Of a stretch of 64,000 bases of DNA, positions 1 to 11,900 are shown piece after piece. The position numbers and the translations under genes are program-made. Numbering within the stretch: the first letter of the stretch is position 1; every line of letters begins with the position of its first letter. Source of the stretch: Heterodontus francisci (Eukaryota); NCBI RefSeq assembly GCF_036365525.1, contig NC_090406.1, forward strand, positions 4,434,103-4,498,102, in the 5' to 3' direction. The notes below the pieces were generated by a model, which was not told the DNA's origin, made no database searches, and saw nothing but the letters and a program-made list of their open reading frames with translations.

Positions 1-1872
1 CCTGCAGACAAGCAAGAAAAAGGAACCACTGTGTTTCTAAGCAGGAGGACGGTGAAAAGCTGCAGTCATCGTACATTCACATGCTCATTTCGGGACATAT
101 AATGCCTATCACAACCTCAGATGGCCCAAAGAGTTTTACAGCCAACAATGTACTTTTGAAGTGTAGTCACTGTTGTAATGTAGGAAACTTGGCAGCCAAT
201 TTACACACAGAAAGCTCCCACAAACAGCAATATGATAATGACCAGATAATTCGTTTTAGTGATATTGGTAGAGGTATACTTGGGAGAACTCCCCTGTCCG
301 TCTTCTAAATATTAACCATGGGATCTTTAATGCCCACATGAGGGCAGGGACCGGGCCTTGGTTTACCATTTCATCTTAAAGATGGCATCTCCAACAGCGC
401 AGCACTCCCTCAAACAGCTTAAAAACAGATTATTTGGTCATTTGCCAATGTTGTTTTTGGGGCCTTGTGTCAATATCGGATGTGGCACTTCCTACATTAC
501 AACAGTGACTACAATCAAAGAATACTTTGCTGGTTGTAAAGCATTTTAGGACATCCTGAGGATGTGAATGTAAGCCTTTTATTTATTTATTTTAACAGAG
601 CTGCCTTTCCTGATCTGTTCTGGGGAGTCAAATTAAAATCGGTCACTCTAACCCTAATCCAAAAAAAATCTTGCATTTCTAAATCATTTTTCACAACCTC
701 AGGATGTACCGAAGGGATTCAAGGAATTCCAGATAAAAACAGAAAACAAACCAGTTATGGGGAATTAATTGGCCCATCACGCCAACTGCTGGATAGTAAC
801 AACATACAAAATACACTCCAACCCCACCCACAGCTCTGTGCTTAGCTAATGTATTTCTACCTGTGCCAGCAAAAACCTGAAGCCGAGCTGGCAATTGAGT
901 GTCCCAATCACCAGCTATGACATTATGGATGAGGGGTTAACATTACAGTCATGCTCTCAAAGCTACAGATCAGTGGGGTGGTCAGTGGACCAGTCCCTCT
1001 CCTGTTATAGATTGAAAATCAGCTGACTGATGTTTATTTCAAGGCATATTAACAAGTGGATGCAAAGGGTGATACAGTTTCCCATACAGAGAAGTTGGTG
1101 ATTTGGGATAGACTCACCAATCGCTGAAAGAAAACAAGACAGGGAGAAGAAAGATGCACAAAAAAGAAAAGAGCTAGAACCATAAAAACATTCCATTAGC
1201 TCACTCTGCACTACCATGATCAAACCTAGTCAGTATATCTCACACATGTTATTTGCTGGAAGGGAACTATGACCCTGTGTTCCAGCACTCCAAACTTTTC
1301 CCCTCGTGACATTTTCTGGGTTACGTTTCCATAGGCACCAGAAACCCTCCTGGTAGCTTGTCCAATTGGCACATGTGAGCTCAGGCATAGAGTATCAGCA
1401 GCTCTTCAACAGTGGGCAGTATCACAGTGGAGCCTGATCCTGTTTCTCATCAGATGTTCACGTCCATATCAGGGGATATTTTGACTGAGCTTTGGGAGAG
1501 GGGGTGTACAATGTAATGTAGGCAGCTCGCTAACTTCCTGCTAATTATAATGATTCCTGCATGCAACCAGCACTAACTGTGCTGTTCATTGATTGAACAT
1601 ATGAGCAAGGGTCCCAAAATCGGAACTTACTAGCACCAGTTAATGCTAGCGGCATTGCTTCAAGCCAGCCTGCACCTCTTAAAGGACAGCGGGTGCTGGC
1701 AGTCATGCAGGAAGTGAATCTGATCTGGGAAACTGAACATTTTCTTTGTGATCAACTGACCTAATGCTCTTGGATTGGACATCGTAAGGGTACCCCTTAC
1801 TGGTAGGAAAGAACCCTGTCCAACACTCATATTGCTGACATGCCCGCTAGCAGCTAGTCTCTGTATTCTTAC

Positions 1873-1996
1873 CAGAAGGTTGGATTATCCCGGTTGTTTT
1901 CAATGGCAATCTCTTCCAGCTCTGGACCACATTCAGCCACAAACTTAGCCAGTTTCTCTGCAGTGGTTCTAGTCTTGGTGTCACTGAGAGAATCAC
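1873..1996 (-). CDS. SUGP2: SUGP2 exon 5 (SURP: [37 protein letters not shown])
   Basis: cttttcttgcag| acceptor, TG|gtaaga donor, 124 nt like the SUGP1 SURP exons; the next acceptor (ttcttgcttgtctgcag|G) is at bases 2-3, so the gene runs off the left edge. Confidence 0.9.
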
Positions 1997-3478
1997 CTGC
2001 AAGAAAAGCAAGTTAAGTTCCAGAATGCACAAATTGCTCGGAGACTGTAGCAAATGACTTGCTGTTGATTTTCACATCTCCACACCTAAAGCATCATGGT
2101 CCCCCTCGCACCATGGACTCACACTAAGGAGGGCCAACTGGCTCCCAGGCCTTGGCTGACTTTACCCGAATCACAAATGGGCGGGTACACATAAGCAGTT
2201 CTGGAGCCTTACTGTAAATTGTGCACATGGACAGAAGGCAGAAAGATCATCTGTTCTGGTTGTGAAATGCTGTTCAGTTGAGCACCCTGACGGCACTCAT
2301 TATCTAAGCTAGCATGTGACGTCTGGCCACATGGCGAGGTACTCTGGTTTTTGAGGAAACATATCGCACCTACCAGAGAGGGCAGACATCTGGGAAAACA
2401 AAATCTTACAGCCTGGAGTTCTGTCATGACAGTATTAGAGGGTGGGTTCTTATTTATAATTTATTCCTCAAAACAATATGATTCTTAAAAATGGATATTA
2501 CTGATTTATTAAGCAAACAGCACATGTAGCAGTGCTTAAGCCTACACTTAATAGACAGTACTGGCAACATTACCTTGCTAATTAAGTTGAGGGACTTAAA
2601 ACATATCAATTCTGAACTCAGTATCTTAGACAATTACAAATCCAAATACTCATTACAAACAGTCAATTCTCTTACTCCCTCTATCTGACAATCCATGCAA
2701 TTCTGCATTACATCATTATATAATTGTTAAAAAACAACTTCATACAAGAACTGAATGGACTTATTCCTAATCAATAACTTTGGTTTTCCTTACTTAATGA
2801 GCTCCTTTTTCCTCAGACCCGTACAACTCCCCTACTTTGTTATCTTATGGATAGTTTCACTCTCGTTACATTCCACCTAGTGAAAATTATTAATTATAAG
2901 TCTCTTTGGTTCCATACTGGTCAATATCCTGCTTCTACAGAAACCTTAATTAAGGATGATGTATAGCCAGATGTTCTCCCTTGGAGAACTAATTGTTTTT
3001 CCTGCACTTGCAATCAACTGATTAAATATATGAATCAGTATGCAATGACATGCCTTTTAATTAGGTTTAATGAAGTGACTAAGCTGACCAGTGCTGCAGG
3101 GTCAGTGTTGGCTCGATAGCCTATTGGTATTTTAAATTGACTTAAACTTCTCTGCTTAGCAGGCAAAAGCTAAAAGTCAACAAAAATAACCTGCATTTAT
3201 ATAATGCCTTTAATGTAGTAAAACATCCCTGAACTCATTCAAAAGGAGTCTGGATATGCACTTCAAGTGCCATAATCTGCACGGCTGCGGACCAAATGCT
3301 GGAAGGTGGGATTAGAATAGGTGGATCATTTTTCAGCTGGAACAGACACGAAGGGCCAAGTGGCCTCTTTCTTATGCCTTAAGCTTTCTCTGATTCCATG
3401 ATCCCAAGGAACTTCACAGGATCTATCAAACATTACTACAATATAAAAATAAATCAACAAGGATATAACATAACATTG

Positions 3479-3852
3479 TTTCAGCTGTGGCTCTGTGGGT
3501 AGCACTCTCGCCTTTGGGTCAGAAGGTCATGAGTTCAAATCTCATTCCAGAGACTTGAGCATCAAATTCTAGGCTGACACTCCAAAGCAGTACTAAGAGA
3601 GATGAGATGTTAAACCAATGTCCTGCCTGTTCTCAGGTGGATGTAAAAGATCCCATGGACTATTTCAAAGAGCAGACAGTTATCCATGGTGTCCTAACCA
3701 ATACTTATCCCTGATCAGCACGACAAAGAAAACAGAGATTATCTGGTCATCATCACATGGCTGTTTGTGGGAGCTTGCTATGTGCAAATTGGCTGCCATG
3801 TTTCCTACATTACAACAGTGACTGCACTTCAAAAGTATTTCATTGGCTGTAA
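3479..3852 (+). mobile_element. tRNA-derived SINE split by the CR1 insertion (tail continues at 5109-5165)
   Basis: Body shared with copies at ~130-350, 9890-10190, 27250-27470 and 57310-57612; tail ttggctgtaaag..ctttgggatg is interrupted. Confidence 0.7.
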
Positions 3853-5108
3853 AGTATTAGAATTAGAACATTAGAACATTACAGCGCAGTACAGGCCCTT
3901 CGACCCTCGATGTTGCGCCGACCTGTGAAACCATCTGACCTACACTATTCCATTTTCATCCATATGTCTATCCAATGACCACTTAAATGCCCTTAAAATT
4001 GGCGAGTCTACTACTGTTGCAGGCAGGGCATTCCACACCCCTACTACTCTCTGAGTAAAGAAACTACCTCTGACATCTGTCCTATATCTATCACCCCTCA
4101 ACTTAAAGCTATGTCCCCTCGTGTTTGCCATCACCATCCGAGGAAAAAGACTCTCACTATCCACCCTATCTAACCCTCTGATTATCTTATATGTCTCTAT
4201 TAAGTCACCTCTCCTCCTCCTTCTCTCCAACGAAAACAACCTCAAGTCCCTCAGCCTTTCCTCGTAAGACCTTTCCTCCATACCAGGCAACATCCTAGTA
4301 AATCTCCTCTGCACCCTTTCCATAGCTTCCACATCCTTCCTATAATGCGGTGACCAGAACTGCACGCAATGCTCCAGGTGCGGTCTCACCAGAGTTTTGT
4401 ACAGCTGCAGCATGACCTCGTGGCTCCGAAACTCGATCCCCCTACTAATAAAAGCTAACACACCATATGCCTTCTTAACAGCCCTATTAACCTGGGTAGC
4501 AACCTTCAGGGATTTATGCACCTGGACACCAAGATCTCTCTGTTCATCTGCACTACCAAGAATCTTCCCATTAGCCCAGTACTCTGCATTCCTGTTACTC
4601 CTTCCAAAGTGAATCACCTCGCACTTTTCCGCATTAAACTCCATTTGCCATCTCTCAGCCCAGCTCTGCAGCCTATCTATGTCCCTCTGTACCCTACAAC
4701 ATCCTTCGGCACTATCCACAACTCCACCTACCTTAGTGTCATCTGCAAATTTACTAACCCACCCTTCTACACCCTCTTCCAGGTCATTTATAAAAATGAC
4801 AAACAGCAGTGGCCCCAAAACAGATCCTTGCGGTACACCACTAGTAACTAAACTCCAAGATGAACATTTGCCATCAACCACCACCCTTTGTCTTCTTTCA
4901 GCTAGCCAATTTCTGATCCACAGCTCTAAATCACCTTCAACCCCATACTTCCATATTTTCTGCAACAGCCTACCATGGGGAACCTTATCAAACGCCTTAC
5001 TGAAATCCATATACACCACATCCACTGCTTTACCCTCATCCACCTGTTTGGTCACCTTCTCGAAAAACTCAATAAGGTTTGTGAGGCACGACCTACCCGT
5101 CACAAAAC
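3853..5108 (-). mobile_element. 5'-truncated young CR1 LINE with uninterrupted RT C-terminal ORF (387 aa)
   Basis: YMDFSKAFDKV, GVPQGSVLGP and KFADD motifs; 3' UTR ending in TTCTAAT-type repeats. Confidence 0.95.
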
Positions 5109-5227
5109 CGTACTTTGGGATGTTCTGAAACTGTGAAAGGTGCTAAATAAATGCAAGTCTGTTTCCTTTCATGGACTTCAGGGCAGTCTAATTAACCCTT
5201 TCCTTACAACAGTTATGTTATCCCTAC

Positions 5228-5442
5228 CTTTTTCTGTAGTTGGACAAGTTTTCGAACTCTCAACGTTCATCTGGAACTCTGTTTGGAAACCAGCTGGTGT
5301 GTTCTCCATGGATGTTTTGCACCCTGACCCTTTGTTCTCAGCAGCACCAGGTTTGCTTGACTGGCAGGTGTTTTCTCTAGAGAACTGTGCCACTTTCTGC
5401 TTGTAGTACTTGTACTCGTTGCTTTTTGTGTCAAGCAAAAAC
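5228..5442 (-). CDS. SUGP2: SUGP2 exon 4 (C-half of SURP: FLLDTKSNEYKYYKQKV)
   Basis: ttttaaag| acceptor, G|gtaggg donor, 215 nt phase 2 to 1; overlaps track ORF 5178-5438. Confidence 0.85.
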
Positions 5443-6233
5443 CTTTAAAATGAACATTTTTTTAAAAGTTAGAAGTTAAGTTTCCCCTATCTATTTTCTT
5501 CACTATTCCCTGGGTCAGGCATTAATTACAGCCAAGCGGCAGATAGTTATCAGCCAATGCCACTACCCACGACATAGCTGGCATCATTAACTCAATCCTT
5601 CCCTCCTGAAGTTGCTAATTCTTGCTGTGGTATATCTCCTGAGTACCCACAGGCCTCCAGCACTTTGTCCAAGTGGCTGTTAAAGTATTCATATGCAAGG
5701 CCGAGACAGTGAGTGTCATTAGGTTATTCAACCATGAAAATGAGCTATCAGGCTGGGCTCAAATTGCGATCCCTGTTATTTTCAATACATGAGCTCTATT
5801 TGACGGCATAACAGAGCAAGCAGCCGGGCTCCGAGAGAAACCTGAACTGGCAGACAAGAGAATTTATCATCTTAAGAGGATTATGAAAAGTAGGTATTTT
5901 TTCATTTTAAAAATGGGGGCAACCCTTTGGACCCCATCATCAGTCCCTTTAAGTGATTCTCATGTCATAACTGTGTTGATAAACATGCTCAGAGGGTTGT
6001 GAATCTTTGGAATTCTCTACAGAAAGGTCTGTGGATGTTCATTTAAGCATATTCAAGATTAAGACTGATAGATTTTTGGGTACTAAGGGAATTGATAGAT
6101 ACAGGGATAGAGCAGGAAAGTGGAGTTGATGTTGATTTTCAGCCATGATCCTATTGAATGGCTGAAGCAGGATCAAGGGGCCACATGGGCTTCTCCTGCG
6201 ACTGTTTATGTGATGTCCTATAATTGTGCTTAC

Positions 6234-6519
6234 CTATAATTGGAGTCCTCTTTCTTGTACTGGACGACTGCTTTTTCTGCTGTCTCACCCTTCTCTGCTA
6301 CGAACATAGCCAGTTTATCAATAATGGTCTTGACCTGTGTGTCTTCTGGGGGGCGGATGCTCTCACCGGCTGCTGACGGTGCATCTTTCTCTGTCATGCT
6401 CTTGCCACTGCCATCAGTGGGTGCTGAGACCTTCTCTGTCTTCCATCTACTGCTGCTGTCTGGTGCTGAAGAACCTTTCTCAGTCGGTTTGCTGGCTTTG
6501 GCATCTACCGAAGAAGAAA
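6234..6519 (-). CDS. SUGP2: SUGP2 exon 3 (N-half of first SURP: RPPEDTQVKTIIDKLAMFVAEKG)
   Basis: ttttttaag| acceptor, AG|gtaag donor, 286 nt phase 1 to 2, open frame, SURP motif. Confidence 0.85.
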
Positions 6520-7037
6520 CTTAAAAAAAAACAACAGTTCAATCCATCTCTGCAGAACCAAGGTGAGCTAACAGGAGGCCACACTAGAATCTCAAAACAG
6601 CAAAATCAAGACACTAGAAATTGGAAGGGAAATGTTCAGCTTGCCTCGTGAGTGGATTTAAATTGAAACAGCAACCTCACTCCTCAGGCATTCGGGCTTC
6701 GGCTACCAAGACAGCGGGTGCGAAACCCACTTCCAGACCACTGAAAATGTGTCCATGTAGCTAACTGCTGGGGCACTAGGTACCAGCCAGGCCAGCAATT
6801 GGGCAGAGAAGGGGTAAAACCTCAGTTCATTGCACATCATGGCTTCAATGTGTTGTCTGAACAAAGAGGTTTTAATAAAAGCATATATAATCTTCAACTC
6901 GCTGTCAGATCATGGCACATTCAAAACACCAAGAAACTTTCAATAATAGCTACAACATATTGTAATGACAAATGTAATTCAAGCTGTGCATTTGTTGTAA
7001 AATATTACAAACTATCAGAGATAAATGGAGTACTTAC

Positions 7038-8972
7038 TTTTCGAGGGCTTGATTGCTGTGTCATTCTTTGATTGCTCCTCCTCTTTAGTTATGAACTTAC
7101 TGGAACAAGAAACCTGGCTATGTAATGGGGGAAGGTAGATTTGCTCCACTCGGTTCTTCAGCTCATTTATGTATTTGTTCCCAAACAGCTGATTGCTTTC
7201 CAGATTCATGAAATAATCATACTTTGGAGCCACTGAGATCAGCCCGGTCTTGCGCAACAGGTTCTTCCTTCTTTCTTCGCTAACAAAAGCAAAGATTTGC
7301 CCAATGAACACCATTGATTGGCGGCAAGCTGTGATGGCCTGCTCTAGCTCACTGGCAAGTTCATTAGAGGTCTGTGAGCTTTGCAACTTGGAGCTCAGCT
7401 CATGGTTACTGCTTACTACAAGAAGTGGACCTATGCATTCCAGCAGCTTGCTCTGTACCTCTTGCAAAAGAGTTTCTTCTTGATGCACAATATCATCCAA
7501 CTCCAACCTACTTGTAATGACATTCTTCCTTATCAATAGAGATACAAAAGAGTTGTCTATCACAGGGTACGTGAGGCCTAAATGTGCCACTAATGTTGAC
7601 TCACAGATATCCTGATGCTGCTTTGCCATCAAGCACTGGAAGGCCGTGGCTACCTTGGAATAGGTATCTGTGTTAGGATCAAACTTCTTTTTCATGGAAT
7701 GCTCAACAGCAACACTATGAAAACCAGCCCATTTTATTATTTGCTGTCCCAGTTCCATTTGACTACCTAGAGCAGATATATTCCCCAATGAATATAAACG
7801 AGGAGAATCCGGGGAAACATTTTTGTAGGTGGCCATTGGCTTGCTGGACACAGAAGACCCCACTAAACCAACAGGGGCTGTCCCGAGAAGGCCAGGGGCT
7901 GTCCCGAGAAGGCCAGGGGCTGCTCCGAGAAGGCCAGGGGCTGCTCCGAGAAGGCCAGGGGCTGCTCCGAGAAGGCCAGGGGCTCTCCCTAGAAGGCCAG
8001 GGGCTCTCCCTAGAAGGCCATGTCGCCCCTGAACCTTTGGACGCTTAAGCAAAGGCCCTCTTGCATTTTTAGGAGGCACTTGAGAAGAATGACCTCTTCG
8101 GGAAGCTTCTGTGTTTTTATGAATATAACTGTGCTGGTTCAAGTGAGGGTTATAATCCTCAGCTGCATGGAACCCATCTGTAGGTGTAGCAGTCTGGTAA
8201 ATGGAAGAATCCACCTGAGAGGAGTCCCTGGATGGGTCTCTCCAGGATGTGTGTGAGGGGTCATTCTTACTAGCCGCCAAACGCCGAGCATTATCAATAA
8301 CATTACTTAACAACTTGTATAATGCTGCATCATGTGCCTTAACAGGACTCCTGGGTCTAGGGTTTGATCCTTGATCCCTGGTTTCAGCACCAGGGCTCCA
8401 GGATCGCCTGTGTGATTCTGAGTGTCCTGATTCATCAACAGGGTTTTGGGATCTATTGTATAAACTTTGACCATCTCTGCCATTGGGACTTTGGGATCGC
8501 CTATAGAATTGGTAATCTCTTGAGTCATTAACTGCACTCTGAGACTGCCAATTATTTGGGCTTGTTGGTCTTCTGTACGTTCCTGACCGATCTCTAGACT
8601 CAGCAGGGCTCATTGATCTTCTGTAGATTCCAGATCCTCTCCTGGCATCACTGTCATTGGAATTTGCTTGTCTTCCAAATAACCCTGGATCCCCACCGAG
8701 TTCAACAGGGCCCCTTAATTCTTTATACTGTGAACGGTGATCATCTCTCTCAACGTGATCCAAGAAATTCTCTCTTGCTGAAGCAGAATAGGAAGCATCA
8801 TCATAATACCTTCTATTATCTTCGGAAGGCATTTCTGCTTGACTGGACATATTCCTCCATCTCTCCGATCTGTGAGATGGAGATTCATAGTCATCATAGG
8901 GCAGGTCATCGTATTGTGTATTTTCTTCATATGATTCCCTGGGATATCGCCTGGGTGCATAGTTGAGCATTT
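7038..8972 (-). CDS. SUGP2: SUGP2 large exon 2 (R/S/D-rich N-terminus, GLLGxAP repeats, SUGP2-specific domain)
   Basis: 651-aa ORF 7015-8970; motifs IIKWAGFH, PVIDNSFVSLL, CRQSMVFIGQ and LFGNKYINELK match recalled human SUGP2 (IIKWAGFH, PRVDNEFLNML, CRKSLALLGQ, LFGREYIDHLK); acceptor cctcttccattgaag|, donor A|gtaagt. Confidence 0.9.
7873..8019 (-). repeat. Coding 21-bp tandem repeat x7 encoding GLLG(R/A/T)AP
   Basis: Read directly from the sequence and the ORF translation. Confidence 0.95.
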
Positions 8973-11900
8973 CTTCAATGGAAGAGGGGGGGAAAGAAAG
9001 GAAGAAAAAAAATGTTTAGCTTTTCTTTTATTAAAATTGAAACAATTCTTAAAAAAGTTGCAATCTATATTTCATGTAAAAGCTAATGTATTAGATCACT
9101 TGGGCATGCTGATAACGCCACAAAGATCAGAAAGACATGATGGGTTTTTAACCACAAAATGCACCTGACTAACTTGCTTTTGGGAAATCTGATATAATCC
9201 AAGAGATGCAAGTGAGAAAAACAGGAAGAATTTGTCCTATCAATGGGGACATGTGTCGTCCTCAAGACATTAAACAATGAGTGAGCCTCACATCTTTTGT
9301 CCATTGGGCTTGAGGATGTATGGTGAATGGAGGTGTGAAGCGCCTTGATATGAACCCATTTGCTCAAATAGAGGAAAACAGCTTGGAAAAAGCCAATTTT
9401 AAACAAAGGTATTCTGGATCATACTGAGCGAAGGTACTCTGGGCATTTGTAATCCACTCACCTAGGACCAAATTCAGCAAACCAGAATCTATAGTTAATT
9501 ACTCTCTCCTTTGTGACTCAGACAAGGCAGCATCATATAGGTCCAGATGCGGACGTCCAAGTTCATGTGGCTTCATCTCCAACACGTTAATGTGGCTCAA
9601 GTTATCCTTTGGCTAAAAGCTGGAATGTGTAGCTGACTAAACAGCTACCACCCAAACCAGCCTTTACAAGTAAGCCAAGGACAAGAATTTTTGAATGGTT
9701 CATAAATTTGTGAAATACTCCAAACTTTGTCGTCTTCAAGAATGATTCCATTCTCCTTGGAGTCTCTGCTGACTCCACAAGAAAGGTCAGAAAATGCTTT
9801 CAACAGTAACGTGGAAGTACAAGAAAACTTGCATTATGCAAGACCAGCTCATGTAGCACCTTTCAACACCTCAGCATCTCCCAAAATGCTTTACAGCCAA
9901 ACAAGTACTTTTTGAAGTGTAGTCACAGTTGTAATGTAGGAAACGCAGCACCCAATTTGCGCATAGCAAGCTCCCACGAACAGCAATGTGATAATGATTG
10001 AATAAACTGTTTTCGTGATGTTGGTTGAGTGATACATATTGGCCCAGGACACAGGGTAGAACTCCCCTGCTCTTCTATGAATAGTGTAATGAGATCTTAT
10101 ACATCCACCTGAGAGAACAAACAGGGCCTCGGTTTAACATCACATAAGAAAGATGGCATCTCAGACAGTGCAGCACTCCCTTATACTGTACAATGAAGTC
10201 CTATTGTACAAGCTCATTACAAATGTCAGTATTTGAATCAAGAATGAGGGTTGACATTTACTTGGTAGATTAAAGTCTGTGTGCTAGCAAGCAGTGTACA
10301 ACTTGGAACAAACATGATGAGTTGATCAGGTACAGTATTAAGAGTGCGAGAACTTGTTAAAAACAATCAATAAACTGGAAATTGGAATATTCTGGGATTG
10401 TTCTGCTTCAAAGCAAACCATATACACAACAAACTTTCAAAAGTATTCTTAAAAATAGTTAAAAGCATCTTATACGCACACATAAGAGTGGGTTTCAGCT
10501 CAATGAGTACAACAAAAATAAAATTCCAATCTAAATTTGTTCACGACATAAAAGGGTTCAACAATGATAATGCAATTCAATCCCAAATGCCAGTAACACA
10601 TCTACACAGGTAGTGAAACCATTCTACAAAAATCCAATTTAATAGTGTATTGGTCTATCCAACAAAATGGCGCAGGTTCACTTTGACAATCCGTGATTTC
10701 TGCCAGAAAGACAAGGGAAACTGTAAATGATTAAGAAGTTCTTCAGTGGCAGGGCAACCTGGAGAGCAAACCAGCTACTTTGCTTCATTTTCCCTGCATC
10801 TCGCACATGAGCCAGGTACAAAGAAACCAAATGTAAAATAATCCCACCAGGTTTGCAAGATATCTGGTTGGCGCGGAAGCAAAATCATGAATCTAATTTT
10901 GCACCAACTGTATCACATTTTCAAAATGGCAGCTCAAATGAATGCTGGTGAGTCTGTGTTGATAATCTTCAATGTAGTCCTTCGAAAAAAATATACTGGT
11001 GGTGTGCAGGTAGAATGTTCAGTGAGAGTATGTGGAGAAGTGAATTTATTCTGCTCAGCGATGATTGAGAGATGAGTTGTGTTTTGCATATACTATTTGA
11101 TAAAGACTCCCATTTCTATAGCACCTTTTACAGCCTCAGAATGTCCCAAAGTGTTTTGGAGCCAATGAAGCACTTCTGAAGTGCAGTCATTGTTGTAATG
11201 TGGCAGCCATTTTGCGCACAGCACCAACATGGTACGCATAGACACCCTTCAGAGTTGAAGAAAAGGAGGGTGCTCTGGCTAAAACTACTTCCACTCAGAT
11301 GAAGCGAAATGGACCAATACCAGTATCTGGACTGAAAGTGAAGAGGAATCTTTGTAAATTCAAAATAAGCATCTTAATATTTAAAGGTATCAGTGTCACC
11401 TTGGGTGTGGGGGCATCTCAGTTCTCTGTGGTCCATTGACAGTGGGCTCTATTCCAACCTCCCTCTTCACAAAAAGCTTGTAAGGCTATCAGAGCAGGTT
11501 GTCCCAAGAATGGGTTTGGCCCCCTGATGTCAAGCAGAGAGTCAATGAGGTTCCCCCACCTGCCCCAAACACTTCTTGCTGCTCCACTTTATACATACTC
11601 ACCCAAGGTCAAACAGCACACCAGAAAAAGTGAGCAGCAGTGAGCATTTGTACTTCTCTGTCAAGAAAATACTATTGCATTTCTACTCAAGATTTAGTCA
11701 GAATAAATCATACTATAGATACAGTTCAACATCATGGGGGATTTTTAAACTAAGAATAGGAAGAGAAAGGAAGAATAGCACTCGAGATACAACACTTCAG
11801 ATTTTCCCTAGTTAATAGAGTATGCATTTTAGCAAGAACATTTAGTCCATCTCTTCTTTAGTGATGGGGAATTGCAGGCAGTGGTTAGCCATCAGTATAG

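Noticed and set aside
4397-5128. Plus-strand ORFs overlapping the CR1
   Set aside because: Antisense shadows of the RT frame
10660-10935. Two YY1-like CAAAATGGC motifs in non-repetitive SUGP2 intron 1
   Set aside because: Short motifs can occur by chance; no conservation evidence available from this window
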